The notes under the pieces: generated by a model
What the model saw: only the letters and a program-made list of their open reading frames with translations
Told to the model about the DNA's origin: nothing
Database searches by the model: none
Source: Vicingaceae bacterium
GTDB lineage: Bacteria; Bacteroidota; Bacteroidia; Flavobacteriales_E; Vicingaceae
Direction: 5' to 3'
DNA: 64,000 nt
NCBI GenBank assembly: GCA_029210015.1
Contig: JARGOE010000001.1
Location: 5,804-69,803 of the forward strand
Program-made: the position numbers and the translations under genes
Part shown: piece by piece, positions 58,813 to 64,000 of the stretch
How the letters are laid out: each line of letters begins with the position of its first letter
Position numbering within the stretch: the first letter of the stretch is position 1

Positions 58813-59676
58813 ATGAAAAAGAATCTTTTAATAGCAAGTATAATGGCTATAATGCTATTTTCTTGTGCAGGAAAAAGTAGATATGAGGATGCTGCAGCTC
58901 CAATTGTGGCAGGAAATGCCAAAGCTGAAGCATATGATGAAATAACTGAAGGTCTTGAAGAGGAAGAATATAGTTCGAACTCAGAAGATATAAAGCAAGA
59001 TAATCCAAAAACGGTTTTCACTTATAATAGAAAGTTAATTAAAGAAGGAAGTATAACTTTTGAAACTTCGGATGTTAAAGCCACAAAAAATATAATTGAT
59101 AAGGCTACAAAGCAGTTTAATGGATACTTGTCCGAAGATAATGAATATGATTATGGGTATAGAATTCAGCATAATGTTACAATTCGTATACCATCAGAAA
59201 ATTTTGATAATCTATTAGCTTCAATCTCAAAATCTGTAGAAGAAATGGATGACCAAAACATTTCTGTAAGAGATGTAACTGAAGAGTATGTAGATGTTGA
59301 AGCACGATTAAAATCAAAAAAGAAAGTGGAAGAACGTTATTTAGGATTATTAAGTAAAGCTTATAGCGTTGGTGATATTTTACAAGTAGAGCATGAATTA
59401 GCAAGAATAAGAGAAGATATTGAAAGAGTAGAAGGTAGGTTAAGATATTTAAAAAATCAAGTTAGTTTAAGTATTTTAAGAATTACTTATTACGAAACAG
59501 TTGAAGTAGAAAATAGTTTTGGATTTGGAAAAAAAGTTGGTGATGGGTTTGAAAATGGTTTTAAAGGATTACTATGGTTCTTTATCGGATTAGTAAATAT
59601 TTGGCCATTCCTATTTTTTATAGCTATAGGAGTATGGTTTTTAGTGAGATGGATAAAGAGAAGAAGTAAAAAGTAA
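58813..59676 (+). CDS. DUF4349-family lipoprotein with C-terminal membrane helices
   Basis: Start 'MKKNLLIASIMAIMLFSC' (lipobox). DUF4349-type core 'VTIRIPSENFDNLL..VRDVTEEYVDVEARLKSKKKVEERYLGLL..ELARIREDIERVEGRLRYLKNQV'. C-terminal TMs 'LLWFFIGLVNIWPFLFFIAIGVWFLV'. Confidence 0.75.
   Translation: MKKNLLIASIMAIMLFSCAGKSRYEDAAAPIVAGNAKAEAYDEITEGLEEEEYSSNSEDIKQDNPKTVFTYNRKLIKEGSITFETSDVKATKNIIDKATKQFNGYLSEDNEYDYGYRIQHNVTIRIPSENFDNLLASISKSVEEMDDQNISVRDVTEEYVDVEARLKSKKKVEERYLGLLSKAYSVGDILQVEHELARIREDIERVEGRLRYLKNQVSLSILRITYYETVEVENSFGFGKKVGDGFENGFKGLLWFFIGLVNIWPFLFFIAIGVWFLVRWIKRRSKK
58858..58902 (+). repeat. Copy B of the 45-bp inverted repeat (encodes FSCAGKSRYEDAAAP)
   Basis: ttttcttgtgcaggaaaaagtagatatgaggatgctgcagctcca. 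40 of 45 positions are identical to the reverse complement of 57353-57397. Confidence 0.85.
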
Positions 59677-59690
59677 ATTAATAAATTTAA

Positions 59691-59722
59691 AAAAGCCCTG
59701 CTATCAAATAGCGGGGCTTTTA
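59691..59722 (+). terminator. Rho-independent terminator
   Basis: AGCCCTGC ... GCGGGGCT hairpin (one G.U pair) followed by TTTT, with an A-run upstream. Confidence 0.6.
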
Positions 59723-59760
59723 ATCATTTCTATTTAAATATGGCTTAGAAATATTACTAA

Positions 59761-59785
59761 AAAAGAAAAGTAGCCATTTGGCTAC
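59761..59785 (-). terminator. Possible minus-strand terminator for the small ORF
   Basis: GTAGCCA/TGGCTAC inverted repeat overlapping the stop codon, followed on the minus strand by TTTTCTTTT. The loop is very tight, so only part of the stem can form. Confidence 0.4.
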
Positions 59786-60057
59786 TTTAATATTCTGTAA
59801 ATTTTCTGTTCCAAGTTAATGGGTAAATGAAAGGTTGTAATTTCTAGTTTATGATCTTTATAATTAACTCTTACTAGTCCTTGGCAGCGCTCAATATCTC
59901 TTTTTACTGGATTTAATGCTCGTTCAATACTTGTTTTAATACTTGTTACAAATGATTTTTGGATGCTATCAGTAATTTGAAAATATGAAACATCATTGTA
60001 TCTTAAATCTAAATTGTCCATAACTAATAATTTTAGTGTTTGAACATAGGTTTGCAA
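59782..60057 (-). CDS. Small hypothetical protein (probably the ~79-aa form starting 'MDNLDLRYN')
   Basis: An ORF only, with no family recognised. It is bracketed by terminator-like hairpins on both sides. Confidence 0.35.
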   Translation of the reverse strand: MQTYVQTLKLLVMDNLDLRYNDVSYFQITDSIQKSFVTSIKTSIERALNPVKRDIERCQGLVRVNYKDHKLEITTFHLPINLEQKIYRILK

Positions 60058-60067
60058 GCATCATACC

Positions 60068-60100
60068 AAAAACAAAATAGGGGGCTTTAGCCCCCTATTT
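60068..60100 (-). terminator. Rho-independent terminator of the BlaI/BlaR1-like operon
   Basis: AATAGGGGGC-TTTA-GCCCCCTATT hairpin followed on the minus strand by a T-rich tract, ~40 nt past the stop at 60142. Confidence 0.8.
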
Positions 60101-60141
60101 ATAGTCCTTGCAACTAACTAATTAATTGCTAGGTGTGAATA

Positions 60142-61293
60142 TTATTGCATTTTAAAACTAACTGGTAAAGTCATTTTAACTTTTACATTTTTACCCTTAT
60201 CCTTTCCTGGGGTCCATTTAGGCATTGCTTTAACAACTCTAAGAGCTTCTTTATCTAGAGGTTCTGCTGCACTTTTTGCAACTGCTGCATCAGTAACATT
60301 ACCTTTTTCATCAACTATAAAGGCTATGTATGCAACACCCGACAATCCAGTTTCTTTAGGGTAATTTATGTTTTCGCTCATATACTTTATCATGGCGTCC
60401 ATACCACCTTTAAATTCAGGCATAACTTCAACATTGTCTTTAGCATCTACTTGGTTAGTTGAAACTTCTGTTGTATTAGCAACAGCTTTTTGATTAATAC
60501 TCACAGTAGCAAAAATTATAGCTACAGGAATTACTAAAGCATATTTTAACATGCTTAAACTTTTTGTTTTTGTTGTTTTCATCATCATGATTCTCCTTTT
60601 TATTAATGGTTTATAATTAAAATTGTTTGCTAACATACTGCAATTCACACCTAGCAGTTGAGCAATAAGGACTGATGAATAATTTTCTTTACTATTTTTT
60701 GAAGCGATATTATCCGCAATAAATTCATGGTTACATTTTACTGAGTATGATGCTAACCAAACAAAAGGGTTCCACCACAGAATAATTTTTAAAAGTTCAT
60801 AAGTTAAAACATCTATAGAATGTAATTGAGTTGAATGAACTCTTTCATGGGTAATAATTTCTTTTTTACTTTCTTCATCTAATTCTTTTGGAATGTGGAT
60901 AAAGTTGAAGAATGAGAAGGGAGCAATATTAATTTCTTTGCCTCTTTTTATATGATTAATTCGAATAATTATAGTTGTTAGGTTATATAGAAGCTTTATT
61001 GCAAAAAAAGCTGAAATAGCAATATATCCTGTACTAATAACATCCATATAGCTATAGCTTGTTGATGCATTTAACGAACTGCTTAATTTTATAGTCGGTA
61101 AAGAGATAGTATAATAGTTTGTAATTGTTTCACTCCAATTTATTAATGGGATAATAAAGGAAAAAGGAATTATAAGTAATAAGTAAAAACGGTTCACTTG
61201 AAAAAAAGTGCTGTTTTTAAAAAATAAGAAATAGATTAAATACAATAAGGTAAATAGTCCCCCAATTTTTCCAATATATATAAGTTGTTCCAT
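60142..61293 (-). CDS. BlaR1-like M56 peptidase sensor fused to a TonB C-terminal domain
   Basis: Four N-terminal TM segments. Zinc motif 'THERVHSTQLHS'. C-terminal TonB_C-like 'VEVMPEFKGGMDAMIKYMSENINYP..GVAYIAFIVDEKGNVTDA'. Confidence 0.8.
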   Translation of the reverse strand: MEQLIYIGKIGGLFTLLYLIYFLFFKNSTFFQVNRFYLLLIIPFSFIIPLINWSETITNYYTISLPTIKLSSSLNASTSYSYMDVISTGYIAISAFFAIKLLYNLTTIIIRINHIKRGKEINIAPFSFFNFIHIPKELDEESKKEIITHERVHSTQLHSIDVLTYELLKIILWWNPFVWLASYSVKCNHEFIADNIASKNSKENYSSVLIAQLLGVNCSMLANNFNYKPLIKRRIMMMKTTKTKSLSMLKYALVIPVAIIFATVSINQKAVANTTEVSTNQVDAKDNVEVMPEFKGGMDAMIKYMSENINYPKETGLSGVAYIAFIVDEKGNVTDAAVAKSAAEPLDKEALRVVKAMPKWTPGKDKGKNVKVKMTLPVSFKMQ

Positions 61294-61294
61294 A

Positions 61295-61648
61295 TTATTT
61301 TGAATTGTTTTTTAATAATTCGTCAATCTCGTTAATGTCAATATTTTTTTCTTTCACAAAAAAAGACATCATAGCTTCTGCCGATCCACCAAAAAAATTG
61401 CTTACTAGATTATTAGTTTTTAATTTCATGTAATCATCTTTACTAATAATAGGGTGGTATTGATGTGTTTTTCCATATGCAGTATAACTAACAAATTCTT
61501 TTTTTTCTAATATCCTTACAATTGTAGAAACAGTATTGTATGCTGGAGTTGGCTCAGGAAGTTCAGAAACTATTTCTTTTACAAAACACTTTTGTTTTTC
61601 CCATATTACTAGCATTATCTGCTCCTCTGCTTTTGTTAATTCTTTCAT
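61295..61648 (-). CDS. BlaI/MecI/CopY-family winged-helix repressor
   Basis: 'LTKAEEQIMLVIWEK..FVKEIVSELPEPTPAYNTVSTIVRILEKKEFV', 117 aa. 1-nt gap to the BlaR1-like gene. Confidence 0.85.
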   Translation of the reverse strand: MKELTKAEEQIMLVIWEKQKCFVKEIVSELPEPTPAYNTVSTIVRILEKKEFVSYTAYGKTHQYHPIISKDDYMKLKTNNLVSNFFGGSAEAMMSFFVKEKNIDINEIDELLKNNSK

Positions 61649-61652
61649 ATTT

Positions 61653-61683
61653 CAAATATATAACTAAATATTTAGTTATACAA
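61653..61683 (-). promoter_or_regulatory. Candidate promoter TTG-N20-TATATTTG with a 22-bp perfect palindrome (61659-61680) filling the spacer
   Basis: The minus strand reads TTG-tataactaaatatttagtta-TATATTTG-aaat-ATG. The palindrome TATAACTAAAT/ATTTAGTTATA is perfect. Confidence 0.55.
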
Positions 61684-61802
61684 CTATTAAATTAGTTTTA
61701 GGCTGTTGAAAGGTCTTAAATGTGTTGATATTAGTTAATAAACGGTTGGTTTAAAATAGTTAAGTTTTTAATTTTTGTATATTTAACGTATAAATTTACA
61801 AT

Positions 61803-62312
61803 ATGAGAAAGGTATATAGTTTTGCATTAGTAATAATTTTGTTTGCCATATTGATTGGTGCAAGAGCTCCTTATGCTCCTGCTAAATCTAGTAGTCTAGA
61901 AATTAAAGGGTATGTTTTTAAAGGAGATGAAAAGGTTAGTGATGCCCTTGTTAGTCTTTATCAAAATAACCAAGTTGTACAAAAAGAAATAATCAAGAAA
62001 AGTAAATTTCAGTTTATTTTGTTTAGTGATATGCGCTATATGGTGGAGATAAGCAAAGAAGGTTGCGTCACAGAAAGAATACAAATTTCTACTAAAGAAA
62101 AAACTGAATATTCTGGAAAGTATCTATACGAGTTTAAAGTAGATTTAATGGATTTGAAAAAATTCAAAGGGATAGATATTTCAGATCTTGATTTTCCTAC
62201 AGCTCTAATAAAGTACGATCCTAAAGAAGGAGAATACTTACATGATTTATCCTATAGTCAACAAGTGAAAGATGAGTTAAAAAAATTGAAAGCTGAAGCT
62301 AGAAAAAAGTAA
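61803..62312 (+). CDS. Secreted hypothetical protein with a CarboxypepD_reg-like N-domain
   Basis: Signal peptide. 'LEIKGYVFKGDEKVSDALVSLYQNNQVV' resembles carboxypeptidase-regulatory-like beta-sandwich starts. Confidence 0.45.
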   Translation: MRKVYSFALVIILFAILIGARAPYAPAKSSSLEIKGYVFKGDEKVSDALVSLYQNNQVVQKEIIKKSKFQFILFSDMRYMVEISKEGCVTERIQISTKEKTEYSGKYLYEFKVDLMDLKKFKGIDISDLDFPTALIKYDPKEGEYLHDLSYSQQVKDELKKLKAEARKK

Positions 62313-62699
62313 TTATTTTAAAGATTTTATAACAGCGTATGGTCCCATTCGGCTTTGTACATGAGCTTGGTTTTCATCACAATGGTCCCACATCCCGTCT
62401 TTTATCTCAACTTCAACACTAATCCCATTTCCAATATACTGTTCTAATTCTTCGTGAGTTAAATTACTCTCACATAGTTTAATAAAGTAGTCTTGTACAG
62501 AACATCTTAAATAGAGCTCCTTAAAAACAGCAATTTTTCCTCCTTTATTTACAAATTCTTTTTCGATTAATTGGCAATTATAAATATTGGGTGTTGCGTT
62601 TTCTTTAGAAATAGATTGAGATTTTTCAACAGTTACACTTTTGGTATTATTACATCCAAAAATGAATATTAAAAAAAATATGTAGGTCAGTTGTTTCAT
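62313..62699 (-). CDS. Cys-containing lipoprotein co-transcribed with the second TPR-PP2C gene
   Basis: Lipobox 'IFIFGC'. ATGA overlap (62696-62699) with the upstream gene. Confidence 0.5.
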   Translation of the reverse strand: MKQLTYIFFLIFIFGCNNTKSVTVEKSQSISKENATPNIYNCQLIEKEFVNKGGKIAVFKELYLRCSVQDYFIKLCESNLTHEELEQYIGNGISVEVEIKDGMWDHCDENQAHVQSRMGPYAVIKSLK

Positions 62700-64000
62700 A
62701 TTTTAATTCCTAATACACAAACATCGTCAATTTGTTCTAGGTCACCTCTCCAGTTTTCGAAAGTATCATTTAATACTTCTTTTTGTTGGTCTAAAGGAAG
62801 ATGAGATATTTTTAATAATAAGTTTTTAAATTGTTTATACATAAATTTCTTCCCTTTAGGTCCGCCAAACTGGTCTGCATAACCATCAGAAAAAAGATAG
62901 ATACAGTCATCCTTTTTTAAACTAATAACATGATTTGTGAATTTTGATTCTTTATGGTGCTTACCAATATGTTGTTTGTCTCCTTTAATTTCTATTAATT
63001 CATTTTCTCTTATGATGTATAAAGGGTTGTTAGCGCCAGAAAATTGAAGTTGATTTGTAGAGAAATTTATGGCGCAAAGTGCTATATCCATTCCATCCTT
63101 AACATTATTGCTCTCAGTTTCAAATCTGTTTTTCACAAAATCTCTAGTTGTATCTAACAAAATACCAGGGGTAATTGAAGCTTTTTGTTCTAATCCATGA
63201 TTAAGGGCGTTAGAACAAACTACAGAAACCATAGCTCCAGGAACTCCATGGCCTGTGCAATCTGCTGCGGCAAAAAATATTTCGTTATTTACTTTTTCCA
63301 TCCAGTAAAAATCTCCTGCTACAATATCTTTTGGTTTATACAATACAAATGAATTAGGTAACTGTTTTTTAAAAATCTCATTACTAGGTAAGATAGCTGC
63401 TTGAATTCTTTTAGCATAGGTAATACTATCTGTTATTTCATTATTCTTTTCTTCTAAAAGTATTCTTTGGTGATTGATTTTAGCGCTAAGCTTTCGAGCT
63501 CTAATAAAAATAAATATGACGAACATTATAATAACTAAACATAGTATTACCAAAAATATCAATTGAGAGATTTTAGATTTAGCATTTAAAGTATTTAATT
63601 GTTCATTTTTAATTTCTAATTCTTGTTGGGCAATTATTTTTTGATTTTCACTAAAGGCTAATTCTGTTTCAATTTCATTTATTTTATTAATTCTCTCGAT
63701 ATTGTATATTTCTGTTTCAATACTATCATTTATTACTTTTGCTAGATATGCACTCTTATAATCACCTTGAATTTCATATAGTTTTATAAGTAATAGGTAA
63801 GATTCATTTGTTTCATGCATTAAGTTATTGCTAGTTGCAATAGCAATACTTTTATATAAGTGGTTTTCAGCATTTTTATAATCTTTTTGTGCAAAGTAAC
63901 TTTCGGCCATTTCCATATAAATGGTCGTTTTACTATCTATCATGTTTTCATTTTCAGCAACTGATAGAGCTAGTTTGAATTCTGATAATGCTTTTCTATA
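62696..64000 (-). CDS. Second TPR + TM + PP2C/SpoIIE sensor phosphatase (N-terminus outside the window)
   Basis: The reading frame stays open from 63943 to nt 64000 ('YRKALSEFKLALSVAENEN-MIDSK...', TPR-like). TM 'LIFLVILCLVIIMFVIFIFI'. The PP2C motifs are near-identical to the 54828-56816 paralogue ('AGDFYWMEK','ADCTGHGVPGAMVSVVC','IDDVCVLGIKI'). Confidence 0.85.
   Translation of the reverse strand, partial: YRKALSEFKLALSVAENENMIDSKTTIYMEMAESYFAQKDYKNAENHLYKSIAIATSNNLMHETNESYLLLIKLYEIQGDYKSAYLAKVINDSIETEIYNIERINKINEIETELAFSENQKIIAQQELEIKNEQLNTLNAKSKISQLIFLVILCLVIIMFVIFIFIRARKLSAKINHQRILLEEKNNEITDSITYAKRIQAAILPSNEIFKKQLPNSFVLYKPKDIVAGDFYWMEKVNNEIFFAAADCTGHGVPGAMVSVVCSNALNHGLEQKASITPGILLDTTRDFVKNRFETESNNVKDGMDIALCAINFSTNQLQFSGANNPLYIIRENELIEIKGDKQHIGKHHKESKFTNHVISLKKDDCIYLFSDGYADQFGGPKGKKFMYKQFKNLLLKISHLPLDQQKEVLNDTFENWRGDLEQIDDVCVLGIKI

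Noticed and set aside
285-62084. Eighteen short ORFs (60-123 aa) in the track that lie antisense to, or out of frame within, longer ORFs. These are 285-545, 15894-16094, 17477-17677, 26503-26745, 28178-28360, 30180-30470, 30439-30639, 34741-35034, 39084-39305, 53177-53548, 54282-54491, 54817-55005, 55087-55308, 55271-55498, 57000-57209, 58797-59021, 59177-59404 and 61896-62084.
   Set aside because: Each is fully embedded in a longer ORF that has clear family motifs. Their translations are low-complexity Leu/Ile/Phe/Ser-rich strings, as expected from AT-rich antisense sequence. None has its own promoter-like or terminator-like signals.
1-64000. tRNA, rRNA, CRISPR arrays, insertion sequences, integrases, phage genes or recognisable anti-phage defence genes.
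   Set aside because: All intergenic gaps are 203 bp or shorter and are accounted for by terminators and promoters. No ORF shows transposase, integrase, nuclease-helicase, methyltransferase or Cas-like motifs that I can recognise.

Overview
The window is a visibly AT-rich chromosomal segment. It looks like Bacteroidota, most likely class Flavobacteriia. Supporting signs are a type III glutamine synthetase, T9SS-type C-terminal sorting domains, many lipoproteins with acidic residues after the lipobox Cys, TAnnTTTG-type promoter boxes, DUF2851 and DUF4349 families, and tightly packed operons with overlapping start and stop codons.

About 60 protein-coding genes are supported. I found no rRNA, tRNA, CRISPR array, transposase, integrase or phage genes. 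Most of the window is housekeeping:
- A plus-strand gene string purM-prfA-pyrF...pabB-tilS at 7.1-18 kb.
- A minus-strand string lpxK-PNP-gatB-TlpA-udk-M1 peptidase-lpxH at 20.3-29.1 kb.
- greA, a HIT-family gene, ruvC, folA and several peptidases.

Two regions look accessory and poorly explained:
1. 29.2-38.8 kb holds a four-gene outer-membrane module. It encodes an acidic Gly/Asp-repeat lipoprotein, an oversized TonB-dependent-like barrel (1247 aa), a 1352-aa secreted protein ending in a T9SS-like CTD, and a PorV/PorQ-like barrel. It matches neither the SusC/SusD nor the PorU/PorV paradigm. This is my best candidate for an undescribed system.
2. 54.8-64 kb is a transmembrane-signalling island. 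It holds two paralogous periplasmic-TPR/cytoplasmic-PP2C (SpoIIE) phosphatases, each co-transcribed with lipoproteins. It also holds a membrane-tethered HTH-like protein next to a palindromic operator-like site, a DUF4349 lipoprotein, a BlaI/BlaR1-TonB_C pair with an operator inside its promoter spacer, and a 45-bp inverted repeat shared by two divergent lipoprotein genes.

All family assignments come from motif recognition by eye, with no database search. Hand-counted motif coordinates may be off by 1-2 nt.
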